Shown: positions 49,485 through 63,035, counted from the first letter of the stretch. The stretch is DNA of 64,000 bases from Eukaryota sp. GEM-RC1 (GCA_040285855.1 JAUFOQ010000010.1:1860001-1924000); one strand, 5' to 3'. The notes: a model not told the origin generated them from the sequence alone. Program-made: numbers and translations.

Positions 49485-52044
49485 GTTTTGAATGTATAAG
49501 TTCGAGTTAACTCAATATATAAAAGACAAGATTATGTGCATTTTGTTTGGCAAGATGGGTTTACGTGTACTAGCAGTAATATAAACATGATCAGATTGTC
49601 CAGTAGGAGTGTGTATTATCGTTATCTTTAATTTATCTTTTTGTTAGGCAATTTCGATAAATATATTGTCGAAAACGTATCATATTAAGTTATTCGAATT
49701 GCTTTTTACTATGGGTCACGATAGAATTGTGCAGCAGCAAACAATTTCTCCCACATCATTTATCAGTCCTTATTACAATTTTGAATTCAGCGATTGCTTC
49801 AATTAGTCTCAATACAAAGCAGTCTCAGTGAGACTAATTCCGATATCAGAGTTTCAATTTTGACCTCCGAAATATGAAGCACTTTGCTTGTTTTTCACGA
49901 AAAACATGCAACAAAAATACATTTGATTGAATGAGCTGTCAAAGTTAGAAGAACTTTATTACTTCCTGGAAAATATGATTCCCCTTTGAACACTCTAAAT
50001 CATTTGTTCCAACTGCATCCGTTGCTTCAAGGCACAAAGCATCTTCCAAGAGCCAACTGGAGATGGGCCTGGAGTTTGACATGAATATAAGTTGACTAAT
50101 GATGTTCAAGAAATCGTGAAGAAACATAGATGAATCAAGGGCAGAGTTAAATTGCTAAAGAGATAATAGTAAATACGATCCGACCATAATAAATGATCAA
50201 AACGTTTGTTCATCCTATTTTTCACGATTTTTCTGAAATCGTTTAATAAATTAGCACTTTTTCCTGTGTATAGATTGAGACATCAAAATGACATAGTGAG
50301 AATTCAACATTGTTGTTTTCTAGTTGAGATTCTTGAAAACTGTTCGAATGCAATGTTGATATTATTCATTTGATCATTTCAATTCATGTTAAGATCCCAG
50401 AAACTCCTTTAAATCAATGTATTTTCAATGAATAAAAAGCTGCGACATCGCATGGTGATGAACATTGTTCTCATTTATCTGTCTATTACTGAAATTCCCA
50501 CAGTCTGTTGAAGATCTTATCCGAAAACAACAACACTCTCTTTCTCTCTTTCTGCAAGTGCCAAGTAATTCGTCATAATCGTTATAGAGACACACAGTTC
50601 CGAACGATCGCAACAATGGTTAGCTTAAGAGAACATTTTGATTAACAAACAAAATTTTCTCTTACTCAGACTATTTGCTGTTTAAAAGTCACAAGAAGTG
50701 GGTTCACAATTAGTCAGAGTCCTAATAGACTAATTATTGAAAAGAGTGTAGCGGAAATAGATTTCATTTTAGTTCAGAACAGTTATAATTGATATTCCTA
50801 GTATTTTCACCAATTTATGCCCAGCATAAATTAGCGTAAGCAGATCCGACAAAGTTAAAGTGTAAATTCACACAAGAAAACAAGCTATGAACCACAAAAC
50901 TTCATAAACATAAATTCACGACATTTTCTCCATTTACTCTTGAACCATGTTATAGATTCAAATAGACTGAAAGACAATGTTGAATGTTAAGACATACAAT
51001 CTAATGTGCAGCTGGATCACTTGAAAAAACACTTAAAATCAGTTTATTTCTCAATGACTTCCTTATGCAGTGATTATTAAACATATATTATTCTACATGT
51101 AAGGGCTTCGAATTCACGGTTGCAACTTACACATATAGTAGTAAGAAATATATGTGACACTTGGATTGCGTCTTGAGCTAGGTTTGGGTTAGGTCAACGT
51201 TTCATTGTTATTGATCAAGATAAAAAACTCTAATTGGAAAGAGGAAAAATCAGACCAATAATTAATTGATGAAACGAAAGAACATGTATGCTTGAATCAC
51301 TGCACTGTGAACTTCACATTGTTATTCTGACTGCGACATTTTCAAATGTTACACTGATTGTGACTAAAGCAATTCACAGTGACTTTTGGCAAGAATCGAA
51401 ATCACTGATGATGTGTCATTTAGTTGTTGAGCTCACACTAAACCTTGTAAGTTGATATAGCATTTCTTGAAGCTGATTTCTTGAATATTAACGACCCTAT
51501 TTTCAAAGATTGTAACTTCCTACAAAAGGTCAAGTCTTTAAAAGTGAGATGAAGACTTTTTTTCTGGGATGCAAAAGCACAGAAATTACTCAAAACGTCT
51601 AAACACCGCTTTCGTGAGACGCTTTGGTTATCATTTTGGATCAACTGTTTGCTCAAATTCAGTTTCGTGTGATTCGCAAGTCACAATCATCCACGTAATT
51701 ACGAATTCAAATTCGATGTTCATTTCAATTCACAATTAAACTGACCCCCTACCAATTGTGGAATATTTAAATATTTAAATGAAAACACAAATTGTGGTGC
51801 ATCTTCAACAAGTTAATAGTTCCATCAGTGACAGAGTCTGGAAGACACCTCTAGTACACGACAACACCAGTGTTGTGAATCGATCAGGTATCAGTGTGTC
51901 GAAACTCACTTGCACGAGTCTTTCAGAGTCTTTCTAGTTGTTGTCTAATGTTTGAGTATTTCAATAACCTTGATGAGTTAAAGATACGATTTTTGCGCAA
52001 ATCAACAATGTATTAAACAGAAATTTCAAATTGGATCCACAATT

Positions 52045-53090
52045 TCAAAATCGTTTCTTATCCATACATAATGATTCCATTGAATCCTCAATAATTACAG
52101 ATGGTTGAAACTTTAATTGTTTTCTATTCTCAAAACATTCATACTCACTCTCTGAACTTTCAGATACACTGGTAGGACTGTCTAATTCCTGATTCAGCAA
52201 GCGACACGTCAACTGATTAGAGAACTTCAATGACTGTCTTTCTACTAGTCTAATACTGTCAATAAACACCTTATTAAATCTCTTTAATGACGTGAGAGCT
52301 TTTCGAAACTCTTCTTGACCTTGTGATTCAATCTGATCACGTGATTCAACTTTACAGGGAAGGGACAAAGTGATGGTATTTCCAGTGTCAAGATCGAGAA
52401 TCTTTTGAGATGATTCACTTACCAAATTGTTGATCAAATCATGCAGAATTGTCTGAGTGTTGGCGAGAACTTCAGCAACAACCTTTTCTACTTCCTCTTT
52501 TGTTCCAGAGACTGTTGAAGATGCGTTGGACAAAGAGAGGTGGAGCTCTTTGACTTGGAGTTCAAAGTCCTCTTTGGCTTGTGAAAGAGGAATCAAAGAT
52601 TGCCAATGCTCAGCATGTCCCATTAAAAGTCCACATGAATCACAAATAGAGACCATACACTTAGTACAGAAGTGTTCTAGAGGTTTAGTGGGATGACGGG
52701 GACACTTAAAAGTAATGAGATCAGGTTCTTCACCCAGGCTAACAACAGTATGGCGTCTTAGAGTTTTAGAGCGATGGATGGAGGAGGAGCAAGGATCACA
52801 GTGATGAGCATCGCAATCGGTACAGAAAAGAGTGGCGGCAGCTTCTTCACATTCAAAACACAAGATCGAATCTGGTTGGGGGTTTTTGGCTATCTCAATA
52901 GCTTCCCGTAAAGCGATGTTGACACGGAGAGGAGAGGAAGGTATTGGTTCCCGACAAACGGGACAAGAAGCAGCTGCTTTCTGATTCATCCAGACAACCA
53001 AACATTTGTCACGGCAAAGCTGTGACCACATGGAAGTGTGGTAGGATTCTCCATCAGTTCCTCGCAAACACAACATTCAAGATGTGACAT
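52045..53090 (-). CDS. RING / B-box / B-box / coiled-coil (TRIM-like) E3 ligase; one homopolymer frameshift
   Basis: ATG at 53090: MSHLECCVCEELMENPTTLPCGHSF, then (+1 T near 53017) CRDKC...CPVCR. B-boxes CFECEE...CTDCDAHHCDPC..IH and CPRH...CTKC...CDSC...H. Confidence 0.8.
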
Positions 53091-53498
53091 TTGCAGAAAA
53101 ATATAATGACTTACAAATTTTTGTGATGTGATTGTTGTGACATGTACATTGTAGTTTTTTAGATTCTACATTACCTTGTGGTTATTACTATCATAAACAA
53201 TGTTAAGTACAAGAATTCGGTTCACGAACTTATGAGTTAGAAGTAAATTTAACATCGGAACTGAAGAAGCAATTAATGAATTGTTGGTCACAAAGTCAAA
53301 TCTTTGTGATTCGCAACTTTGCTTACAAGACTACTTGTATCTGTGTAGATGTACTTAGACTACAATGTACTACACGTACTGTAGTTGCATTAGATTGTTC
53401 GTTAATAACTTACGCATTAGCGATTCTCCTGTTCTGTATAAGGGAATCTAAATGTGCCTCAAAAGCTATTAGAATTCCAATCATCAATTTCCAACCCC

Positions 53499-53835
53499 AT
53501 GTCTTCTCAACACCACAATTCTACATCACAACACGTCTACATTGAAAACAACAGAAAGAGATTTGGTTTGCCTTGATTCTTTCGTATGTTGTCTCGGCAT
53601 ACTTACAATCATACTCATTTCAGTCACTCTTAGCAAACGTAGAGCTACCATAGCTTCCATGGCTAGAGAACTTGCCAATACTCATAATTGTGAAACATTG
53701 TTCTGTACTATAAGTGAGTCCGGCAATGTTGTTGTACATTGTTCAGATAAGTTCGCTCCAATACGAAACTCGAGGGCGTTTCAGGAGTTGTTACAGCGGA
53801 CATTGAATCCTAGTTATCGGATGTATCAGTCTTAG
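53499..53835 (+). CDS. Minimal SRF-type MADS-box protein, 92 aa, 2 exons
   Basis: Exons 53499-53565 and 53624-53835, with a 58-nt intron at 53566-53623. YIENNRKRFV|TLSKRRATIASMARELANTHNCE. Confidence 0.8.
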
Positions 53836-54825
53836 TCTTCCCACTCTTTTGTTATCGGTTTTACGTTTTTGATGTATATCTTAAAGTGTATATTGTTCTC
53901 TCAGAGCTTTTCTTTCAAGCTGCTGTTTGCACAGTTTTACAGGTTGACTTTTTGGATCGAGATCGCCGAGTTTATATTTAGTTACAATTTCCCTTGAGCC
54001 TAGAGATGACATGGCGTTTCATTTGAATACATGTTCTTGTCAAACCTGAGAGTTCTATCATTTCGTAGCTACAGTACATTTGAAGTATCGGAATGAAATA
54101 CACACTTCTTTCAACCAATTCATTACATTACAGTACAAGTCAGGTGACAGTCACTTATGAACTCGTGTATTGATCCCAACAAGCTGCTGACATCTAGTTG
54201 CTCTTACATGTTCCATATCCCCTCTCCTTTTGATTCTGAAGATTGTATGATTACTCTTCAGTTTTCAAAGTAGTGTGTTTCCGTTTGTACAGACTGTCTA
54301 CATTCAAACTATTGAAAATGAACACCCTTTTTCACGTAACATATGTTTTCTGTACTCAACATGTAAAACTTCTTAAGTATCTTCCCATGCAATTTCCTGC
54401 CTTCTTTCTGCTGTTTTTCTTTCTTTGTACTTCTGGATGATTACAATTCTTCCTACTACCACTGATCCTTAATGTTCCTTATTTCTTGACTTTCATTGAT
54501 GCATTGTATTGCTTAATTCTTACTCCTTGTTTTGACAGAGTTCTTGGTGACGTCTTTGTATCACTTCATTAATACCTCTCTCCTTCTGAAATTGATCTGA
54601 TCTGTTTTGTCCTTATAGAAGTTGAATCTTTTTTCATTAAAGATTTCAGCTACACGGTGATATTTTGATAATTGGTACACTGCAATCTTGTACTTTAAAC
54701 AAACGGAAGAAACATCCACGTGTAGATCTTGTACATAAATCTTGTTCTGTAGCTGTATAATAGGATATTATAGTTCTGATGGATTATCTGATGCACATAG
54801 GACTCATATACAGATTCAAAACTAC

Positions 54826-56948
54826 ATGTTACACCCTCCCGAACCTCCGTCGAAGAGTAGTCGCTCCTTAGATGATCCATATAGCTGTAATGATGTGTTG
54901 AATGTCTCTCCACAACTTAACTCTGTCTCAATGTCTTCATTTCCTCCTCGTTCAGTGTCTTTGCAATCTCATCAGTCCTTGCTTATTCTGATCCATCTTA
55001 ACTTGCTCAAACGTCTTTTAAAGTCTTCTTTTAACATGAACTACGGAAACCCTCGTCGTCCTCTGCTTGGTTTGAGGAAACAACTCCCGATCTTCTTTAA
55101 CCAAGTGGGCTATGTGAGCGATCGTTTCTTTGAGACTGCTGTCCTTGCCTCTAAAGTTCTCTTCCACACTACAACCTTTCATATAGTATCTGAGAGCCTT
55201 CCTCAACTTGTTTCCTTTGCTTCTCTCTTTGGAGCAGAGGTAACGTCTGTTTTCTTGCACGTAGATGGGACCTTTAAAGCTGAAGAATTTCTGAGTCATT
55301 CTAATGTGATTTCAGGACTGAAGTTGAAATTAGAACATAACATTGACTTGAACTTTCTTTGCAAGTCTTCTAAGATCTTTCCACGTCTCAAGCAATTTCA
55401 AGTTTGCAGTCTTCCTTCTGTATCTTTGGCTTTGATCGGACTGTTAAAAGTTAATGATACAGTGACACGTGTTGATATGTGGAACAACTCTATTGGAGTT
55501 GAAGGTGCTAGGAAATTAGCAGATGCTTTGAAAGTTAATACTACTGTTACAAGTATTGATCTTGGAAAAACTCTATTGAAGATGAAGGTGCTAGAGCTTT
55601 GGCAGAGGCATTGAAAGTAAATGGTTCACTTAAAAGCATAGTTGCAAAATACACGGACAAAAAAAATAATACAATACAGAATACAAAAAATACAGAATAC
55701 ACAAATACAATACAGATACAGAATACAAATACAATACAGAATACTGTATTAAGTGTATTTTTTTCATTGTAATTTCAAGTATTAAACTAACTGTATTGAG
55801 TCCTACGTGATTGATCTTCAGGGTTATCATGGTTCACCTCTTCGTTACGCATTCTTAGACTTCTTTATATTTATCAACCCAATTGTTCTTTCGATTCTAA
55901 AATGCACCGAGGGTTCAAAAGTTCATTTGGTCCACGTTTAAAGAACTGACTTGGAGTTATACAGTTGTACAATGTGACTTTGGACACTGTTTGTCTCGTA
56001 CATTAGTTGTAAATCGTCTTCTTGTACCGCTTGTAGGTAATAAAGTTTACACTTGTTCTCATAGTCCCCAAAGACTACACGTACATCATCAAAACAGGAT
56101 GAAACTCAGTGACGTGCAGTTCGTCTCACAAGGGTTTTGAATCGTCATCAAAGATTGACAGTATTGAAGCTAGATTGCACAACGTCACATGGTTTGGTAT
56201 TTTTTAATTCAAATAAAATCCTGGCGAGTGTTTCTCTCATTAACTTCAGTCATTTTCATCAATTGAGGGAATTTTAGGGCTGATAAAAAAATACAAGAAA
56301 TACAAATACAAATACACTTTTCCAGAAAAAAATACAATACACAATACACAAAAAATACAGAATACACAAAAATACTGTATTTTGTATTTTGCAACTATGC
56401 TTAAAAGTATTTGCCTTTACCATAATTCCATTTCTCCTGAAGGAGCTGAATCATTGGCCGATGCGTTACAATTTAATGCTACAGTTACATTTCTTGAGCT
56501 TGGCGAAAACTTTATTGGAGATTATGGCGTCGCAGCGTTGACAGACATGGCAGAAGTTAATGATACGGTAACAAATCTATCTCTACATGGAAATTCCATT
56601 ACTGCTGAAGGTGTTGTACTTTTAGCAGGTGTATTAGCAGTTAATACTACAATTACCAACCTTGAACTGAGTGGTAACTGTGTTGGAGATGAAGGTGCCA
56701 GAGCTTTGGCAGAGGCTTTGAAGGTTAATACTACAATGATGAGTCTAAATTTGGATGACAATTCTATTGGAGATGAAGGCGCTATAGCATTAGCAGCAGC
56801 ATTGAAAGTTAATACTTCTTTGTCAAGTATTGACCTAGATGAAAACTCTATTGGAGATGAAGGCGCTAAAGCATTGGCAGAGGCATCAAAAGTCAATAGT
56901 AAAGTTAGTATTCATGGGGTGCGACTGAAGCGGTATTTAAATAATTGA
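54826..56948 (+). pseudogene. RNI-like LRR protein interrupted by a hAT element
   Basis: 28-aa LRRs (LxxNSIGDEGAxALAEALKVNTT). Removing 55637-56399 plus one TSD restores VNGSLKSICLYHNSI. A-run frameshift near 55566-55570. Confidence 0.85.
55637..56399. mobile_element. hAT-type non-autonomous element (763 bp) inside an LRR exon
   Basis: 17-bp TIR CATAGTTGCAAAATACA. Perfect 8-bp TSD CTTAAAAG. AATACA subterminal arrays. Confidence 0.93.
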
Positions 56949-57428
56949 ATTTTAATTTCAAATGATGATTCTTGAACTATTGTTAAATCTTTTCCAAGCC
57001 TGAATTACTGTACTTCACACTCAAATTGTGATCTCTTATTCAACAGAAACCACCAGTTCACATTGTTGTTTTTCTTACGAGTTTTAGGGTTATAACGTTT
57101 AGAATCAATGAAGGAGATACTGAAATTGAATATCCAATGTTTTTCTTGAACATAAGACTAAGCTCAACTGAATAGCGTTTTAACTTTGTTTGATTAAGAG
57201 AATTAGAGTTGACCTTGAATCTACATGAAGTATGAGTCCATTCAATTGACAATCAATTTCTAAAAATATATATTCTTGTGATTTTATCGGTAAGCACATG
57301 TAGAATTCAGTATATCATTTACATATTCGTCATTGGAGCTCCAAGTATAGAAATCAACACTTACTGTCACCATTACATAGGTCAATACTCATGGTGATCA
57401 CTGGTCTAACAGAATGAACTTCAGCTAC

Positions 57429-57549
57429 TGATTCCTGAATAGGTAGACATGTAAGGGGAAAGGATAATATGATTTATAATTAGCTACACAATAGTATTGT
57501 GACAATACTTCAACACTACCACATCATAACACCTGTGGCCAACACTACC
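57429..57549 (-). repeat. 3' LTR (121 bp)
   Basis: Direct repeat of 63036-63142 with an extra 14 bp; ends ...TCA on the minus strand. Confidence 0.88.
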
Positions 57550-60500
57550 TCTTCTCTCTTTTCCAGTTCCTCGTTCTCTTGGCTACAGGTGACTTAGCTT
57601 TCTGAGATTGCTCGCTGGATACTCTTTTCTTCTTAGGCCTGTGGAAAGTGGAGTCACTACTACTATTGCTATTTAATTTAATAAACTCTGAGTATGCTTT
57701 CGTATTCGTGATGTCTTTTAGGGGAACTGCTGAGTGTTCACCACCAAACCAGACTACTGTGCAATACTCGCCTTCAGGGGTATCATATCGATCAAGGACT
57801 TTGACCAAGATATGTTCTTCAGTATCACCCGAAGCAACAGCCTTGTTAAGCTCATTTTCATTGGGTAAATCTGTCTGATAGATCTTACATTGATGGATGC
57901 TTGCTTTGCCAACATGAGCAGTGATCAAATTCTTGATAGACATGGAAGTATTGGAATCAATTGACATTACTAAGAATGGTCCACAATAACTACCATGTAG
58001 CTTGGATGACTTAGTTGCCTTGAGCACAAGGTCCCCTGCCTTAAAGGGATTAGATTGAGATTTCTTAGAAGGAGACTTACTCGATTGTTGAGCCTCTGCA
58101 TTTTCTCTCTTTTCTTTAAGGCGTTTCAGTTTCAGAGCCATGTCGTCGATGAACGAAATTTCCGAAGTGGAACATTCGATCGCTTTTAACATAGTACCGG
58201 GATCTGCACCTGGGTTTATGACGCTACTAAACATTAACTCGTAGGGGGCATGTCCCGTTACACTACTCTTAGTTGAATTGATTTGGAGCTGAACCGAAAG
58301 AATGTATGTTGACCAATTGTCGTAATCATTGAAATCTACAAGAAGACGGCGTAGACTTTGCAGTACGTCTGTATGTCGTCGTTCCACCAGACCATTACTC
58401 TGAGAGAAATGGGCAATCGATCGACTGACTTCAATGGCCAGTAGGTTGCAAACTGCCTCGAATGTAGCGTTAGCAAACTCCTTGCCGTTATCATATGGAT
58501 ACAGAACGGTATACCAAAAATAGCTATTACATCCCAAACCAGGCGATATGGTACTTCTGTGCTATTCAGATCCTCGAGGGGGCTTAAAATGGTGTATCTG
58601 ATGAACGAGTCAACAAAAACCAGTAGAAACTGGTTACCATTTTGATCTTTTGGCAGAGGTCCTATTGTGTCGACGTTAAGTCTTGCAAAAGGTTGATAGG
58701 CCCAGAGAGAACCCGTCGGCTCAATTGGCAGTTTACGGACAGGTGCCGTTTTCTGACAGGATGGACATCGATTCACGTGGTTGATCATGTCAACCTTCAT
58801 GCTAGGCCAAAAGTAGCCACTGTTGAACAGCTTTTCCAAACTATTTTTCAAGTTAGGGTGACCAGACTGGGCGAGTCCGTGGAGCATGTAGAGGACTTTC
58901 TTACGTAAGCTCGATGGTATCAGTATCTTATTCTTGCTGTTAACGTAAGTCTTGCTCTTAGGACAAAGGTTAGCTTTTGTGAATAAGGTGTCTTTTGCTT
59001 TTATTGCCGTTAGCTGCTCAGCTCTGATGGTTGATAGCCATGAGTTGAACAGGGGCAACTTGCCAGCCGTTGAAAGTTCACGGAGGTTGCTAATTACATA
59101 AACTGAGTTGTCATGTGGTTGAGACTCGATGTAGTTAGCTTGATCATATCTCAAATCGTTACGATTGAGTGTGATGTGATCCTCGGTGTGACGTTCAATC
59201 AGATTTACTGATTTGATTGTTCCCACTGGATTGCGGTCAATAACGCGAGAGAGCATGTCAGCCCAGTGGTTGTCTTCTCCTGCAACGTGTTCAATCTCAA
59301 AACTAAACTCGGATAAGATGGGGATCCAACGTTTTACGATCCTGTTCTTTTCTGGAGCGGATATGAGAAAAGAAAGGTTCCTGTGATCAGTGAAGATCAC
59401 CAAGTGTGTACTTATGAGGAAGCTTTCTAGGTTTGATTTAGTCAGAATCAACAAGATTGCGTACAGCTCTTTCTGGATGGCTGACCAATTTTGCTGACTG
59501 TCGTTAAGGAGTCGGCTATAGAAGGATACCGGTTTTACCTTGCGATCCTTCAGTGGAGTGCCGGGTGGAGCTGGGGGTTTTCTTCCTGCCAGATGACTCC
59601 TCCTACGGCGATGTCCGATGCGTCTGTCGATATGATAATGTTCTTATCTTCGTCAGGTAAGTCTAGAGCCATGTTATTGATTATCATCTGTTTTATTTCG
59701 TTTAATAAGTTTTCATGTTCGTCTGTCCAGTAAATCTTCTTTGGTTTGTCTCTGGTTAGTTTAATAATCGGTGACATCAGGTCCGAGAAAGTCGGAATCC
59801 AATCACGGATGTAATTCAACGCACCAATGAGACTTCGCACCTTAGGAAGTGTTTTGGGGGACGGTAGACTCTTTAAAGCCGAGACCCTATCTTCGTCAAT
59901 GTGACGGGTTTTGTTCACAAAGTCGCTGCCCAGAGTCTTTATTTTATGACTTGAAGTCGTGAAATGACACTTCTTTAAGCCAAACCGTACTCGGTAGCGT
60001 CTGGCGCGTTCAAGTACGTTTGCGATCCTTGAAAGAAACTCTTCGAAGGTGTTGCCAATGACAATTATATCGTCGATATAAATGAATACATCTTCACAAC
60101 TGAAGATTTCCATCATGATGTTTTGGAAGATTGCAGGTAAATTCTTTAAACCAAAACACGCTCGTTTGAAGCTAATTGACATGCATGGGATAGCCAGAGT
60201 GGTCTAGTCGACGTCCTCGTCAGCTACTTTTAGCTGCCAGAAGGCTTTTGGGAGGTCGAATGTTCCTATGAAATTTGCTTTCGATAGGAACTCCAGGGTG
60301 TCACAAATCCTTGGAAGGTTCGGCTTCACAGGGTTGGTATTAGCATTGATCCCATCAAGTCCACTGAAATCTCCAGTTAAACGAGGCTTGCGGTGGTCAT
60401 TGTAGACGACCAAGACTATATGATGGCACTGCTGAACTTTCCGTTTGATGGTACGGCCCATCCTTTACGTATTAATTTATTAAAGATCTCCTCGGCTACC

Positions 60501-63035
60501 CGTTGTTTTGTGGGATTTAGCTTCCGGGGAGGTCGAAAGACAGTGACGCTTTCGTCGTAGAAGGGGATTGACATCGGAGAGGAGTCTATGCCATCGGGGT
60601 TAATGTCTTCTGAAAAAACGTTTGCGTACTCACTTAGTGTTTTCAGCAATGTCTCTCTTCCAGTGGTGTCGTCAAGACGAATGATACAGCCAGAATCATC
60701 TATGAATCGTTCAAAATCGGAACCTGAGTTTGGATTTGATTGAGAGTCGCCGTTCACATCGTTAGAAACATTCAAAATTGATTGATTCCCGATGGAATTT
60801 GGAGGAGTTATCATCCTTGCGTCAAATTAACTCTCTGCGTTCAGGATAGTGCGGTGCTCTTTGTCTAGTTGAATGACTAAACCATCATCCGTCAGAAGTC
60901 CAAGTTCGTTAAGCAGGTCCCGTCCTATTAAAAATATTCCGGTACCAGGAATTATAGGAAGACTGTGCTTCATGTGAACGTTGTTGGCCAGACTCCCGAC
61001 GTTGAACGTCAGTGTACCAATTGCACTCCCCAGGGATGTTGCACGAATATTATTCGCTGAAAGGTAGTCGATGCTGTCATCGATCAAATCCATTTCACAG
61101 AGACGGGCTAAATCTTGTGTCATGACAGAGCATGTTGCAGCCGTGTCAAATTCGCCGGTTACTGGCACAATGTTGATCAACAGTCGAAAAGATAGGGACC
61201 CTTTTCCACTATCATCGACCCCTAGGTTCTGTAAGCTGTTTATTTTGTTACCAGTACCCAGTGAGTCTAAGGACATTATGGGGTTTGAGTATTCTAGAGG
61301 GGTGTTGTCGATTTTGTTAAGTTGAAAAATGTAATTACTATCTTTATTAGACTTTTTTTAACTTCTATCGTCACCAGCTCTACGTTTGTGTTGTCGTTGG
61401 GGTTTCTCTGCTTTCTTTGAGCGGCAGTCTTTGGCAAGATCATTCTTCTTGTTACAATTGTAACAAACGACTTCGTCTCTGGGATCTCTTCTTTGGTCCT
61501 GAGGTTCTTCGAGCCTCTGTGTTGGCGTCTTTCGGCGGGCTTTTCAGTTGGACGACACGTGCTGACAGTAGCGGAAGAGCGTTTCCAATCAATGTACGCG
61601 GCCTTGAGTTCATTAATAAACTGAGGCAATTCGTTCTGATTATCTCTGGAAGTGAGACGATCGACCCAATGAATTCTCAAGTCCGCTAATAGGGATGATT
61701 CACCTTGGGGATCTAACTTCTTTAGCATGACGTCGGCAATTAGGTTTGCGGGGACATGTTTGCGTTCGTGTTGGTGGACTGCGGGAACAGCAGTTGACCG
61801 TTGAATGATTGTAATCACACCTTTCAAATAGGCATTGTTTGCTTGAGTGGGCTCTTGGCTAAGAGTGCACTGAACTCTCTTGAGGGCCTGGATAGCGGTC
61901 GAAGAGGAGGGAAATTGAGTCAGTAGAAGGATGTATAACCAAAGTTTCTCATCACTCGTACCTTCCATCTCCAATTCATTCAGCATTCTCCAAGAGTAAA
62001 CCAGTTCTGTGCTAATAAACTTAGAACAGTCAGATGGGTCTACTTCCTTGAGAGAAGTGCGTACTAGGTCGAAGCCATGTACAGGTTCACCTAACTCAGT
62101 AGAATAGGGGCCATCACCTTGACCACGAATTTCTTTTGACCAGTACGAGAAATCTAAGATAAAATTTGAAATTTTCTTCGGTCCTCACTATCTAGAGTTT
62201 TGGACGGAATTTGTCTTTGGATTTTAAAGTCGATTTAGACGTTTTGGGATGACCACGACCAGAGATAGCAGAAGAGGTCAGATGAGATGATCCTTGGTCT
62301 TCTTCGGAGGAGCTTGGTTCCTCGGGGTCAGATGGGGATAGCTCTCGACGACTCTCTTTTCGGCGTTTCCATTCTTCTTGCTTGCGTTCGAATTCTCTTC
62401 GTGCTGAAGCAGGACTAGGACTATACACTGGAGGTCTATATCCTGGTGGTGTTGGTGAAAGTGAAGGTGAACGTAGGACAGTAGTTCTTTTCTTCTGATT
62501 CTTTCTTGGAGTCTTTTCCAGTTGACTTGTTGTCAAGGGATCTCTCGAAGAAGCACTACTTTCCTGACAAGTGAGTTCGTCGAATTCGGACTGATCGATT
62601 TCCTCAGTTGTACCCAAGGTTCGGTCGAGAATTTTGTAAACGATCACTGTCTCGGGGCGTTTGCTTTGACCTGGATATTCTTCTTGAGACGGGAGTTTCG
62701 TCGAATCAAGAAGTTCGCGGTCTTCATGCAGGACAGCATGGATTTGCCGTTCCCTTTTATTAGAGCCCTCAGTGGGATCGATCAATTGGTCGCCTCTCAT
62801 ACCGAAAGGGACGATTGTTTCGTATCTAGTGGGGGGTAAAATACTATAAACTTGCTCTGACGATTTGCCAGGAGGTAAGTTGTCGCATACGGGGGTTTCG
62901 GGAAGCCACGCTGTGCGTATTGCAACATCTCTGCATGCAGCTTTCTTAGTGGACAAGCTGTATTGGTACCATGCTGGGTACTCATATACCAAACTCTGTC
63001 TTCGTCGCTTCTACCACTAGAAGGACAATAATTAT

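Noticed and set aside
46350..51950. Coding-looking fragments in the intergenic stretches around the MADS gene and MITE
   Set aside because: Too degraded to assign. I also recognised no tRNA, rRNA or snRNA anywhere in the window by eye.
53584..53623. Nested or twin intron using the internal GTATGT
   Set aside because: No internal AG exists. Using this donor gives a premature TGA, and two-step splicing would delete conserved MADS residues.
55637..56407. hAT insertion spliced out as an introner
   Set aside because: The nearby GT donors I tried with the TSD AG do not restore the frame, there is no GTTTG donor, and no branch motif sits at the conserved distance.
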